A stretch of DNA of 64,000 nucleotides from Spirochaetota bacterium. GTDB lineage: Bacteria > Spirochaetota > UBA4802 > UBA5550. Shown here piece by piece: positions 53,444 through 63,451 of this stretch. How positions within the stretch are numbered: the first letter of the stretch is position 1; the number at the start of each line of letters is the position of its first letter. The translations under genes and the position numbers were made by a program. The DNA is taken from assembly GCA_036848375.1 (NCBI GenBank), contig DAIUKG010000006.1, forward strand, positions 44,941 through 108,940, given 5' to 3'. The notes under the pieces are model-generated. The model searched no databases. It was given only the letters and a program-made list of their open reading frames with translations, and was not told the DNA's origin.

Positions 53444-53507
53444 GTGCTCTGACCCCAGGCAGGTTGGAAACCTGCCCCTCTAGACCACATTATTGTGCTC
53501 TGACCCC
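53444..53507. repeat. intergenic repeat module: 2x GTGCTCTGACCCC flanking the GNRA-loop hairpin GGCAGGTT-GGAA-AACCTGCC
   Basis: Direct reading of the sequence. The same module occurs at 57661-57800. Confidence 0.8.
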
Positions 53508-53595
53508 AAAATCCCACCTTAACAACAGGCTTATATTCGACCATATAAAAATCGCTTGACGTTACTATAGAACATACAACAATTTCGCAGACACT

Positions 53596-54441
53596 ATGCC
53601 CCGGAGCCCAGAAATGAACAAAGTCTCTGCAGTTATCGCTTCACTTTTCATGCTTATCACAGTAACCGTATCCCTTGCACAGGAACAACAACCCAGCACC
53701 GAGCTAAAAGAAGAAATAACTACTGTCGAAATCGGGGAACACGGGAACACCGCAGGCACTCCTCAGACAAAAAATGAAAACACGGTTAAAATCCACTCTG
53801 TCCCGGGGGAAAAATGCATCACTGATACCGGCGACCTGCTCCTGAGCATAGGTAATTTTCTGGCCTTTAGGAGTTTTTCAGGTGAGCTTTATGAAGATTA
53901 TAATAAGGATTTTTCCTTCAATCCTTCGGTAAAGATGTCTCTTGAAGTATTCTTATATAAAGGACTGGCCCTTGGCGGAATAATAAATTTTGATTTTAAA
54001 AATTACAGCGGTTATTATGAATCAACATGGGGATGGTTCTATGAAACCAACACCGACGACTTTTCATTTCAGATTGGACCCTCTCTGAATTACTACCTTA
54101 ACTTTTATAACAAATATATCCCGTATTTCGGCATAAATTTTTTATATTCTCAGAGGGGAATAGAGATTAAAACAAAAGAAGACGATGATGTTGTCCTTTC
54201 ATACAAGCGGCATTATTTTAACTATGAAGGGTCGATTGGTTTCATGTATGTCATAAAAACATACTTGGGCATCTATATCAACTACACATACACGATCAGC
54301 ATGAGTAAAGTGGATGATGAAAAAATACGATCGGATGCTACAGATGCTTTATTGGCAGATATAAAATACTATCATAAAGAACACTGGGGCTACTGCCATA
54401 CTCTGAGCATCGGATTTAAAGTTTTTTTCGATATACTCTGA
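53596..54441 (+). CDS. hypothetical outer-membrane beta-barrel protein with signal peptide
   Basis: MNKVSAVIASLFMLITVTVSLA signal. Tyr/Gly-rich alternating strands. Confidence 0.45.
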   Translation: MPRSPEMNKVSAVIASLFMLITVTVSLAQEQQPSTELKEEITTVEIGEHGNTAGTPQTKNENTVKIHSVPGEKCITDTGDLLLSIGNFLAFRSFSGELYEDYNKDFSFNPSVKMSLEVFLYKGLALGGIINFDFKNYSGYYESTWGWFYETNTDDFSFQIGPSLNYYLNFYNKYIPYFGINFLYSQRGIEIKTKEDDDVVLSYKRHYFNYEGSIGFMYVIKTYLGIYINYTYTISMSKVDDEKIRSDATDALLADIKYYHKEHWGYCHTLSIGFKVFFDIL

Positions 54442-54661
54442 TATGGCTGTCTCCTCACGGGGACAAAACAGTCATCCAATTCCCCGAGACATTATATAGC
54501 ACACCGTCATGCATTGCGTAAAATTCCCATAATAAACGTCTTTTCGGAAAAAAAGATGACAGGATAAACCGCTTCTGTAAAATCACCCCCATGCGCTTGC
54601 GGCGGTTCTGCTCCCGAAAAGGCCCCTGCCGCAGGACATACCACCCGAAAGGAGAACCGAT

Positions 54662-55561
54662 ATGGACGCTTTTTTTTCCAGTGAGCTCTTCTTCAGCGAA
54701 GAGACCCTGAACGCGATTCATCTGTACGCCGGGCCGCTCATGGACTATTTCATGAGAGGCGTGACCGCGCTCGGAGGGCACTGGTTCTTCTACCTGGCCC
54801 TGCCCCTGGTTTACTGGTGCATTGATACCAGGACCGCGGTAAAGATCGGCGCGGTGTTCTTCTTTTCGGCCATATTCAACACCCTGGCCAAAGACCTGTT
54901 CAACAACCCGCGGCCCGACCCTGAAAAGCTCGCACCGCCGATACGGGACCTGTTCCTGATATACTCACCGCGCAGCCCCGGCTTTCCCAGCGGGCATACC
55001 CAGGGAACGATCGCGTTCTGGGGAGCGGCCATGGCCTTTACCCGGAAAAAAAGAGTGCTCATCGCCGGGGCACTGCTGTTTGTTCTGATGCCCTACTCCC
55101 GCATGTATCTCGGCGTGCATTTCCTCGGCGACGTGCTGGGGGGATATGTTTTCGGCGTGCTGTGCCTGCTTGTCATGCTCCCGGTGGTTTTCCGGTGCGA
55201 ACATAAACAGTTCCCTTCGCATGACATCATCGCGCTCCTGCTCACGGCAGCGCCCTGGGCCGTGTACGCGGCATACCCGCAGCGCTTTCTGTTTATGAAC
55301 CTTTCCCTGCTCGCGGGCCTGGCAGCGGGCCTGATCATGGCAAAGGAAAGAATAAGCTTTAACGCGCGAAACAGCACTGCAGCACAGGTAATCAAGGCCG
55401 CGATCGGGTTTGCGGGCCTCGCGGCCATTATCTTCGGGCTGAACGTTTCGGGGAGAAACCCGGGCATGGTCTTCTTTCAGAACTGGGTGAGCGGCTTCTG
55501 GGTCACGTTTATCGCGCCGCTCCTGTTCAGCAGAGTTCCCCACCTAAAAGGCGCGGACTGA
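54662..55561 (+). CDS. PAP2-family membrane phosphatase
   Basis: KDLFNNPRP, PSGHT and SRMYLGVHFLGDVLGG are the three PAP2 motifs. Multiple TM helices. Confidence 0.75.
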   Translation: MDAFFSSELFFSEETLNAIHLYAGPLMDYFMRGVTALGGHWFFYLALPLVYWCIDTRTAVKIGAVFFFSAIFNTLAKDLFNNPRPDPEKLAPPIRDLFLIYSPRSPGFPSGHTQGTIAFWGAAMAFTRKKRVLIAGALLFVLMPYSRMYLGVHFLGDVLGGYVFGVLCLLVMLPVVFRCEHKQFPSHDIIALLLTAAPWAVYAAYPQRFLFMNLSLLAGLAAGLIMAKERISFNARNSTAAQVIKAAIGFAGLAAIIFGLNVSGRNPGMVFFQNWVSGFWVTFIAPLLFSRVPHLKGAD

Positions 55562-56416
55562 AACGATCACGTGGCGGCCTTCCCGGTCGCGGTTAACGGC
55601 CATGAGCCGGTCCGGGCCGCCTGTCTTTTTGAGGAAGCTGCTCAGGCCGCAGGGAGCGATTGAATCATTGTACCCCAGCATGCTTATGTGATCGAACTCG
55701 CCGCGCGGAAACAGCTTCTTCCATTCATCCTTTTCGCTGCCTGAAATGAGCATGCCGAAAGAAACAGCGCATTCAGACAGCCCTTCCTGCCCGGCGAGCC
55801 ACTCGCGCGCTTCATCCGCGCCGGTGAACGATTTCACCGCGTCAATAGACCCGATCGCGCCCTGTTCCTCGGTTGACAGTAAAAGCCATCCGCTCGCCTC
55901 AACCAGACGCACCCCTGATGAGGCGGCGCCGAACCTGCTTTCGAAGAGTTCGCGCGAAAACACCGCCTCATCCACACTGCCCACCAGGCCCGTGCGCGCC
56001 GTGCCCGAGACAAACTCCGACTGCATGAGCTGCAGTGCCCGCTCGAACGAAAGGTGCTTGCCCGAGACCATGATGTTTCGTCCCGTGATCTTCATGCTCT
56101 GCGCGATGTAAAACGCGGCAACGTTGCTCATGGTGTTGATGAAGTTGATCGGCTTGGGAAACGAATGCGCGCGGTATATCTGGCCCAGCACGATCTCGGT
56201 GTCATGCAGATTGCCGTTCTCCGTGGCGAAATAAACCGGCATGTCGTCAGGGAAAGGATGACCCTTCACGCACGCATGGGCCCCCAGAAGCGCGAGCATG
56301 ATGAACTTGTTCGTCCGGCGCAGGTAAAAATCGGTCAGCTTTTTCAGCTCCCCCTGGTACGTGCCGGGGTCAGCGAAGGGCTCGGCGATAAAATGTTCAG
56401 CAGCGTGTATATACAT
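55544..56416 (-). CDS. beta-ketoacyl-synthase-like protein lacking the catalytic Cys (chain-length-factor-like partner)
   Basis: 290 aa with thiolase-fold-like segments. It starts 4 nt after the stop of the upstream KS gene. Confidence 0.45.
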   Translation of the reverse strand: MYIHAAEHFIAEPFADPGTYQGELKKLTDFYLRRTNKFIMLALLGAHACVKGHPFPDDMPVYFATENGNLHDTEIVLGQIYRAHSFPKPINFINTMSNVAAFYIAQSMKITGRNIMVSGKHLSFERALQLMQSEFVSGTARTGLVGSVDEAVFSRELFESRFGAASSGVRLVEASGWLLLSTEEQGAIGSIDAVKSFTGADEAREWLAGQEGLSECAVSFGMLISGSEKDEWKKLFPRGEFDHISMLGYNDSIAPCGLSSFLKKTGGPDRLMAVNRDREGRHVIVSVRAF

Positions 56417-56419
56417 GGT

Positions 56420-57580
56420 TCATTCCCTGTTCGTGACCGTCATGGACGTGCAGTTGCCGCCGAAGCCGAAATAGTTGAGCATGATGTTCCCATCGGCAAA
56501 CGGCATGTTTTCTCTCAGCGGCTCCACGCCGAGCTCGGGGTCGACCTCCTCGAAGCCGGGAGTCGCGGGTATAAACCCGGCCCTGGCGCACTCCGTTATC
56601 AGGATGAGCTCAGTCGCGCCGGCTGCCCCCACGGTGTGGCCCATGAACGGCTTGATTCCCGTGACCGGGGGAAGCGAGCTCCCGAACACGCGCTTCATGC
56701 CATTGGACTCGGTCTTATCGTTGTACACGGTCCCGGTCGCGTGCGCCTTGATCACTGAAACGTCAGACGGCGCGAGCCCCGAGTTCTTCAGCGACAGGCC
56801 TATCACTTTTTCAATGACCGGTCCTTCGACGTCATGCGTGGTCACGTTGTTGGTGTCACACAGGTTCGCGCCGCCCAGAACCCTGAACGGGTTGCCGCGA
56901 CTGTTCCGGTCGAGTACCACGGCGCCGCACGCCTCGCCCATGACAATGCCCTTGCGGTTTTTGTCAAAGGGGCGGTACGGGCCCTGCGTTATCAGGATGA
57001 GCGACTCGAAGCCGAAAAAGCCCAGGTCGTTGTACAGGTCATAGCCCACGACCAGGGCCCGGTCGATCATGCCGGCGCGAATCATGGCCGCGGCGTATAT
57101 CATGGCGTTCGCGGTCGAGGTGCACGCGGTGGTGAAGGTGAAGCACGGCCCCTTAAGGCCGAACCTGCGGGCGACCGTGTCTGCGATCTTTCCGTACCCT
57201 GGCGAGTCAGCTGAAAAGATGTTTTTCACCTCAGGGCCGGTATTGCGGTAGCGGTTTTCGTAAAGGGGGATGTCTATGGACGTTGACCCGAAAAACAGGG
57301 CGCACGCCCCGGTCTCACCGGAGGAAAGGCCCGCGTCCTCAAGGGCCCGGGCCACAGTGGTGTTCAGCACGTCGTAGAAATAGTCGTCGCAGCTGAAGTC
57401 GGTAAAGGTCTCCTGTTCGCGGTGGATGCGGTAGTACGGACGGGTGTAGTCAACGCCGCCGAACGACAGGGGAAGCTGGTCCACGGCCACCTTTCCCTGT
57501 TTAACTGAAGATACAATGGAATCGATATCGGTCCCCAGGGAGCAGGCGATTCCCCTGCCCCGGATAAACACGTCCTTCAC
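56420..57580 (-). CDS. beta-ketoacyl-ACP synthase (FabF/FabB-like)
   Basis: Active-site Cys in FTFTTACTSTANAM, KAHATGTVYND and GHTVGAAG His motifs. 386 aa. Confidence 0.85.
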   Translation of the reverse strand: MKDVFIRGRGIACSLGTDIDSIVSSVKQGKVAVDQLPLSFGGVDYTRPYYRIHREQETFTDFSCDDYFYDVLNTTVARALEDAGLSSGETGACALFFGSTSIDIPLYENRYRNTGPEVKNIFSADSPGYGKIADTVARRFGLKGPCFTFTTACTSTANAMIYAAAMIRAGMIDRALVVGYDLYNDLGFFGFESLILITQGPYRPFDKNRKGIVMGEACGAVVLDRNSRGNPFRVLGGANLCDTNNVTTHDVEGPVIEKVIGLSLKNSGLAPSDVSVIKAHATGTVYNDKTESNGMKRVFGSSLPPVTGIKPFMGHTVGAAGATELILITECARAGFIPATPGFEEVDPELGVEPLRENMPFADGNIMLNYFGFGGNCTSMTVTNRE

Positions 57581-57660
57581 ACTAACATCCCCGCGCCTGG
57601 ATTTTCAGCAACAGGGTTCACTTAAGCGCGAGGAGGATTATTCGTCAACCGACATTTTTA

Positions 57661-57800
57661 GGGGCTGGCTGGGAACCTGCCCCTGCAGGCCCCATATATT
57701 ATGCTCTGACCCCCTGAAACGGTGCTCTGACCCCCGATTATCCGCACGAATGATTTGCTCTGACCCCAGGGCAGGTTGAAAACCTGCCCCTACGGACCCC
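57661..57800. repeat. intergenic repeat module: 3x (G)TGCTCTGACCCC plus GNRA hairpin GGCAGGTT-GAAA-AACCTGCC and a related GGGAACCTGCCCCTGCAGG
   Basis: Direct reading. It lies in the divergent promoter region between the KS gene and the 57978 gene. Confidence 0.8.
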
Positions 57801-57827
57801 CATTATCTGCTGTTTTTTACCTCTTTC

Positions 57828-57871
57828 CCTTCGTTACACCTTCGTTACACCTTCGATACACCTTCGTTACT
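57828..57871. repeat. 11-bp tandem repeat x4 (CCTTCGTTACA, CCTTCGTTACA, CCTTCGATACA, CCTTCGTTACT)
   Basis: Direct reading. It ends ~105 bp upstream of the 57978 start codon. Confidence 0.85.
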
Positions 57872-57977
57872 GTACCTAACTTCGCTTTTTCCCGCCAGGA
57901 CGCAATATAATTCCAGCAAGAGTGTCCCCACCCCCGAAATTCTTGACAGGCGCAGGGCATTGTGCCAATAATCCCCG

Positions 57978-59039
57978 GTGATCAAAAAAACACTACACCG
58001 CTTTTCAGAAGGCTTCCGGCCACGGAAAGAATTCCCTCCGGGAATGACGGGGTTTTTTCGATGGGTCGAGGAAATCCTGGTAAACACTCCCCCGGGCCTG
58101 GCGCGCCTGATGAAAATACAGCCCGTGTTCGCGCTCGTATCCAGTTTTTTTGTCCTGTTCCTGTTTGAAAAAGGCTTCGAAAAAGCGCCCCTGATCATAG
58201 CCCTGTGCCTGTTCGCGGTTTTTTACATCACCTCAAAGCTGTATTTCATTAAAGACCCTAAAGGCGTCTTTACCATGCTGCTTGACACCGCGCTGGTTTT
58301 CGCGCTGAGCAGCATGCTCCTGTTCGTGACGCCCTTTTACCTTGAATCGATGAGCATCCCGTCCCGCAACATGCTGTTCACGCCGCTCATCCTCGTCCTG
58401 GCGGTCATAGCGAGCTGGTACGAGCTGTACCTGAAAATCATCGCGCCGCACCCCCTGCGCAGTTCGCTGTTTTACGCGCTCACGTTTTTCTGCGTGCTGA
58501 ACTTTCTGCTCCCCGTGATCTTCGGCGTGCGCAACATATGGAGCCTCATGATCGCGGGCGCGGCAAGCGCGCTCATGGCGCTCGTGTTCGTGTATCCCAA
58601 GGCGGAGTTCATGAAAAGCGGCAGGAACACGGCGATGTTCTTCGCGGGCATAGCCCTGTTTCTGGCGTTTCTCTGGGCAGGGAGAAGTTTCATCCCCCCG
58701 GCGCCGCTCAGGCTCACCAGGGCGACAGCGTGCAAAGCGATAGAGGCTTACCGGCCAGCAGGCGCCTTTTCGTCCGCCCCGCTTGAAGAAAACCCCGAGG
58801 TTTATTTTTACTCCGCGATCTTCGCGCCCCGGGGCCTTGCGGAAAAGATAAACCACGTGTGGCGCCACAACGGCAGGCGGCTGTTCACGGTTTACCTGAG
58901 CGAGATCCGCGGCGGCAGGAAAGCGGGCTTCGGCACCTGGTCAAAGCACCGCATACTCGAGGGCGCCGGCACCTACACGGTCGAAGTGTGGACCGCGGGC
59001 GGCCAGTATCTGGGAAGCGAAAAATTTGTGTTGCGCTGA
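57978..59039 (+). CDS. hypothetical polytopic membrane protein with a C-terminal soluble domain
   Basis: 353 aa. ~7 hydrophobic helices then ...RHNGRRLFTVYLSEIRGGRKAGFGTWSKHRILEGAGTYTVEVWTAGGQYLGSEKFVLR. Confidence 0.5.
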   Translation: MIKKTLHRFSEGFRPRKEFPPGMTGFFRWVEEILVNTPPGLARLMKIQPVFALVSSFFVLFLFEKGFEKAPLIIALCLFAVFYITSKLYFIKDPKGVFTMLLDTALVFALSSMLLFVTPFYLESMSIPSRNMLFTPLILVLAVIASWYELYLKIIAPHPLRSSLFYALTFFCVLNFLLPVIFGVRNIWSLMIAGAASALMALVFVYPKAEFMKSGRNTAMFFAGIALFLAFLWAGRSFIPPAPLRLTRATACKAIEAYRPAGAFSSAPLEENPEVYFYSAIFAPRGLAEKINHVWRHNGRRLFTVYLSEIRGGRKAGFGTWSKHRILEGAGTYTVEVWTAGGQYLGSEKFVLR

Positions 59040-59104
59040 GACGCGCACATGGCCATAATCAGGGTATCCGCGCAGGCAAAGCTCGGCGCGCCGGGGAGGT
59101 CACC

Positions 59105-59605
59105 ATGGAAATAATCGATAGAAGGCGCAGCATACGCGTATATACGAATGAACCGGTCGGCATGAACGACCTTGACGGGATTATAAGGGCGGGGATGAAG
59201 GCCCCTTCCGCGCGCAACCAGCAGCCCTGGCATTTCATCATCATCACGGACAGGGCGACCCTTGACCGCATCCCGTCCATACATCCCCATTCGTCAATGA
59301 TCAGACAGGCTCCGGCAGCGATACTGGTCTGCGCAGACCACTCGCTTGAACAGAGCGAAGGGTACTGGGTCCAGGACTGCGCCGCCGCAATGGAAAACAT
59401 GCTCCTTGAAACGGTCAGCCGCGGGCTCGGGGCCGTATGGCTCGGCGTTTATCCGAGAGATGAACGGGTACAGGGGCTTAAAAAACTGCTGAACATTCCG
59501 GAACACGTGACGCCCTTTTCGCTCATGCCGGTCGGGCACCCGGGCGAGGCAAAGCCGACCAAGGACGATTACAGACCGGAAAGAATACACATGAACGGAT
59601 GGTAA
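59105..59605 (+). CDS. nitroreductase-family protein
   Basis: RRSIRVYT...APSARNQQPWHFIII is the FMN-binding signature. The ORF track starts earlier, but that N-terminal extension is Arg-rich non-coding-like sequence. Confidence 0.8.
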   Translation: MEIIDRRRSIRVYTNEPVGMNDLDGIIRAGMKAPSARNQQPWHFIIITDRATLDRIPSIHPHSSMIRQAPAAILVCADHSLEQSEGYWVQDCAAAMENMLLETVSRGLGAVWLGVYPRDERVQGLKKLLNIPEHVTPFSLMPVGHPGEAKPTKDDYRPERIHMNGW

Positions 59606-59613
59606 AGGCGGGT

Positions 59614-60195
59614 TTAATCCTGGACCGAGCCGCGCAGGCCGATAGCGTCCGCGACAGCGCGCATGCCGGCAATCGCATCCGTGATCAGTTCGCCGAGCTC
59701 AATGCCGAGCATGTCCGCGCCCTTTTCGATCACTGAACGGTCAACTCCAGCGGAGAACCCGCGGTCCTTCCATTTTTTCTTCACCGATTTCGCGTCCATG
59801 TCCAGAACGCTCTTCGAGGGCCGCACCAGGGCGGTCGCGGTCACCAGGCCGGTGAGCTCATCAACCGCGTACAGCACCTTTTCCATGAACTCAACAGGCT
59901 CAACGTCCGAACAGATGCCCCAGCCGTGGCTCACCACCGCGCGGACGTATTCTTCGGGCCAGGCCTGTTCGCGCAGTATTTCGGCGGTCTTTGTGCAGTG
60001 CTGGTCAGGATACATTTCATAGTCAAGGTCATGCACCAGGCCGATCACGCCCCATTTGTCCTGGTCTTCACCGTGCTTTGCGGCGAAGTGCCGCATCACC
60101 GCCTCAACTGCCAGGGCGTGCCGGATCAGGGCGTCATTGCAGGTGTATTTCTTCAGCAGGGTAAAAGCTTCTTCGCGAGTCGGCCGGGATGGCAT
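59614..60195 (-). CDS. HD/HDIG-domain phosphohydrolase
   Basis: ...IGLVHDLDYEMYPDQHCTKTAEIL... 193 aa. Confidence 0.65.
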   Translation of the reverse strand: MPSRPTREEAFTLLKKYTCNDALIRHALAVEAVMRHFAAKHGEDQDKWGVIGLVHDLDYEMYPDQHCTKTAEILREQAWPEEYVRAVVSHGWGICSDVEPVEFMEKVLYAVDELTGLVTATALVRPSKSVLDMDAKSVKKKWKDRGFSAGVDRSVIEKGADMLGIELGELITDAIAGMRAVADAIGLRGSVQD

Positions 60196-60231
60196 GGGAA
60201 CTCCCTCCTTGAACTGACAGAGCGCGCCCTG

Positions 60232-60603
60232 TCAGGATCTGGTATAAGCTACAGCGTCTTCAACAGAATGGAAGACAGCGTAAAAATCAAACATCTGCGG
60301 ATGGGCAAGCATGATCTCCTGCAGCAGGGCTTCGGTGATCACCAGGATCATGTACCCCTTGGTCTTTTTCACCAGGCCCAGGGACTTCATCAGGTAGCCT
60401 ATTGCCGGATTGGATACTTTAGTCACGTTCAGTGCGTCGAGGATGAAATGCTCGTATGAAGGCTGCTTGTCTTTTTCAGTTTCAACGTAATCGTATATCT
60501 GCGCCCCCTCTTCTTTATCAAGGACATCCGGAAGAACTTTTCCGATAAGGATTTTGTCTTTTTCGTGAAAGTTGAACTCGAACATGGCTCCTTTCTGTGT
60601 CAT
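60232..60603 (-). CDS. STAS-domain protein (anti-sigma-factor-antagonist-like)
   Basis: 123 aa, alpha/beta pattern ...FILDALNVTKVSNPAIGYLMKSLGLVKK.. Weak assignment. Confidence 0.4.
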   Translation of the reverse strand: MTQKGAMFEFNFHEKDKILIGKVLPDVLDKEEGAQIYDYVETEKDKQPSYEHFILDALNVTKVSNPAIGYLMKSLGLVKKTKGYMILVITEALLQEIMLAHPQMFDFYAVFHSVEDAVAYTRS

Positions 60604-60767
60604 GTACCCCTCTCAGGTGTTGATTATTATGCCGGAAAAATTCCAGACCGGCAAAATATAGTAACTCTTCAGCATGCTGTCAATAACATTATGAAAACGG
60701 CGTTAACGGATACGTGAAGAGGATGCCGTTTTTTATTTGTATAATTTTCCTGCTTTTATAATAAATC

Positions 60768-60827
60768 CACTCTTTCCGAATTTTTGGGAAAGACCGCCAC
60801 GGAGACACAGAGAACACAGAGGTTTTT
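60768..60827. repeat. ~58-bp direct repeat copy 1 (CACTCTTTCCGAA...CCACGGAGACACAGAGAACACAGAGGTTTTT)
   Basis: Matches 60909-60967 with CACAGAG iterations and a terminal T-run. Confidence 0.7.
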
Positions 60828-60908
60828 ATTATTTTTTTAACATTCCGGGTTTTACTGTGTGACTTTTTTGGCCGCGTACCCCGCGATTCAGCCTGAACAT
60901 CTTCTTTT

Positions 60909-60967
60909 CACTCTTTCCGAAATGCGTAAAAGACAGCCACAGAGACACAGAGGCACAGAGGTTTTTT
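60909..60967. repeat. ~58-bp direct repeat copy 2 (CACTCTTTCCGAAATGCGTAAAAGACAGCCACAGAGACACAGAGGCACAGAGGTTTTTT)
   Basis: See copy 1. Followed by hairpins ATTCCCG-CTTTC-CGGGAAT and GGCCCGGGCC. Confidence 0.7.
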
Positions 60968-61303
60968 ATGCATTGATATGGATTCCCGCTTTCGCGGGAA
61001 TGACAGGGCCCAGATGCGCACCGGTTATGACAGATTGGCCCGGGCCCTTTCCCATCCATATAATTATCTTTCTCCGCGAGCTTCGCGCCTCCGCGTGAAC
61101 ATCTCTGTCTTTATACATAATTCAATCCGATCGCATCCCTGTTTATCTGTGTCAATGCTTCGACCGGGCTCAGCACAGGTCTGTGTTAAAATCTTTCATC
61201 TTTCTCTGTGTACTCTGTGACTTAGTGGCCATCTTTTTCACAGTGCTTTTGCCATTTAAATCCCAACATTCCGGAATGAGCCATATTTTTCAGGATATCG
61301 GTA

Positions 61304-63193
61304 TTAAAATTCCTCAAACCCTTCATGGTGGAGGAGTTGTTTAATTTTTACTGCATGATCGTGCGCTGACGGCACAGCTTTTTTCTGGCGATTCCCGTTT
61401 CCATTGCCGTCAGAGGATTCTTTCGCCGTTTTTTCGTGCGCGATGCTGTTTTCAACTCTGTGGACATTAAAGCTGTTTTTTCTGAATTGATTGCTGATTT
61501 TGAATTTTTGTACGGTCTCCATAAGGCCCTGGGCCTGGTTTGCCATCTCTTCACTGGCTGATGCTGTTTCTTCAACCAGGGCCGCGTTTTGCTGGGTCAT
61601 GTTGTCCATTTCAGTCACGGCAATATTGATCTGGTTTATGCCCTGTTTCTGTTCTATGCTCGCCTGAGCTATTTCGGTGATGATCTGTACCGTGGTCTTT
61701 GATGATTTTTCAATTTCATCCAGAGCTATGCTCGTTTTGTTGACCAGGTCGGTGCTTTTTTCCACCTTGCTTACGGTCTCCTTGATCAGGGTTTCGATTT
61801 CTTTTGCGGCATTGCCGGAACGCTGTGCGAGGTTTCTTACTTCTCCGGCTACAACTGCGAAGCCCCGGCCCTGTTCGCCCGCCCGGGCCGCTTCGACTGC
61901 CGCGTTCAGGGCAAGCAGGTTGGTCTGAAAGGCTATTTCATTGATCAATGATATGATTTCCACGACTTTTTTGCTTGAGTCATTCATCTCGTTCATCGAA
62001 TTCACGGTTTCGAGTGCAAGCGTATTCCCTTCTGATGATTTTCCCGCTCCTTGCTCGATGAGTTTCTGGGCTTTAGTCGCGTTTTCTGAATTCTGGTTAA
62101 TTGCCGCTGCCGCTTCTTCAATCGTTGACGCGATTTCTTCTAACGAAGAGGCCTGCTCCGATGTTCGCTGTGACAGATTTTCGTTTCCGCTCGCGATCTG
62201 CTCAACTGCCTGAGAAAGGTTTTCTGATGCCAGTATCAGGTCGGAAATAAGTTTTTCCAGGTTGTCCGCCGAGTCGTTAAGGGCCTCTGCCACTGTTCCG
62301 AGCATCCCCATTTCTCCCAGGTTGTCGGTCTTGATTCTGTTGGTCAGATCGCCCCGGGCCATGTTTTCCGAAAAGTTCTGTATCTGCGTGATGATGTTTT
62401 CCAGCTTCTGGGCAGAGTCATTAAGGGCCATCCCCAGCATCCCGAGTTCGTCGGTCTGGTTTAAATTGATGCGTTGCGTAAAGTCACCTTCAGCAATTTT
62501 TTTGGCGAACGCGAGTCCCATTCCAACCGGCCGTGAAACAGCACGCGACAAGATCATCGTAATAATCATTCCGAATATGATGGAGATAATGAGAAGTCCT
62601 ATGGTTATTTTTATTACATCTGCTGTTTCCTGTTTTTGTTTATTTGAAATTTCTTCGCCGCGTTTCTGCTGGATCTGGAGCAGCGAATCGGTCAAATCGC
62701 GTACTTCGCGGTATGCCTCGGCCCACTGGCCCAGAGTCAGTGCTGATTTCTTCAGATCGTGTTCCGTAAGTGTTTTTTCAAACTCAGCCTCAATTTTCTC
62801 CTGTTTTTCCAGGATGGTCTCCCATTTGTTTATTATCGCTATTTCTTCGTCACTGTGCTCATGGGCCTTGAACTGGCCCCAGCGGTCAATGTATACTTTC
62901 TCGAGTTCTTTAGAATCATCCAGCCTTTTTGAGACTTCAGCCCACTCGCCTTTCCCGGCAGAAATATATGCCTGTATCATATTGACCCTGGTCTGCAGCA
63001 TGTTTCTCATGATTCTGTTAAGTTGCCTGACGGCCATAAACTTTTCCTGATAAAATGATTCGAAATTATTTTCCATCTGTTTTATGGTGAATAGTCCCTG
63101 CAGTGATATGCCAATAATGATGAGAATGAAGATCGTTGCCGCCAGCATCACTTTTTTGGCGACCTTTAGATTATTGAACCAGTTAGCTTTCAT
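61304..63193 (-). CDS. methyl-accepting chemotaxis protein (two TM segments, HAMP, MCP signalling domain)
   Basis: Highly conserved MCP core ...[38 protein letters not shown]... Confidence 0.9.
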   Translation of the reverse strand: MKANWFNNLKVAKKVMLAATIFILIIIGISLQGLFTIKQMENNFESFYQEKFMAVRQLNRIMRNMLQTRVNMIQAYISAGKGEWAEVSKRLDDSKELEKVYIDRWGQFKAHEHSDEEIAIINKWETILEKQEKIEAEFEKTLTEHDLKKSALTLGQWAEAYREVRDLTDSLLQIQQKRGEEISNKQKQETADVIKITIGLLIISIIFGMIITMILSRAVSRPVGMGLAFAKKIAEGDFTQRINLNQTDELGMLGMALNDSAQKLENIITQIQNFSENMARGDLTNRIKTDNLGEMGMLGTVAEALNDSADNLEKLISDLILASENLSQAVEQIASGNENLSQRTSEQASSLEEIASTIEEAAAAINQNSENATKAQKLIEQGAGKSSEGNTLALETVNSMNEMNDSSKKVVEIISLINEIAFQTNLLALNAAVEAARAGEQGRGFAVVAGEVRNLAQRSGNAAKEIETLIKETVSKVEKSTDLVNKTSIALDEIEKSSKTTVQIITEIAQASIEQKQGINQINIAVTEMDNMTQQNAALVEETASASEEMANQAQGLMETVQKFKISNQFRKNSFNVHRVENSIAHEKTAKESSDGNGNGNRQKKAVPSAHDHAVKIKQLLHHEGFEEF

Positions 63194-63451
63194 TTATCCC
63201 TCCGATGAGTTTGAATAAGTTCTATTTTTTTAAAAATGGATGAGTAATTGCTGTGCTATTTATTTTTATGCGAACACTTCCCAAGATATCACCATATTTA
63301 AAAAATATAATTAAGTGTAGGTGTGAAATTTAATTTGAACAATAAAAGAATGGTGATTTATTGGGTAACTGATAAATTTATGGATTGAAATCTCGTATGT
63401 GATTTTTCGTCACATATAATGTGATAAATTTTGGGCGTGAGGTTGAAGGTG

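Noticed and set aside
57516-57779. 87-aa ORF spanning the KS upstream repeat region
   Set aside because: It runs through the GCTCTGACCCC/hairpin repeats, has no RBS and yields a low-complexity translation. The region is better interpreted as non-coding regulatory DNA.
53444-57800. Possible CRISPR-like array from the recurring GCTCTGACCCC units
   Set aside because: The units are only 11-13 nt, irregularly spaced (20-51 bp) and split between two loci 4 kb apart. No cas genes are in the window. They are better explained as an intergenic repeat or operator module.
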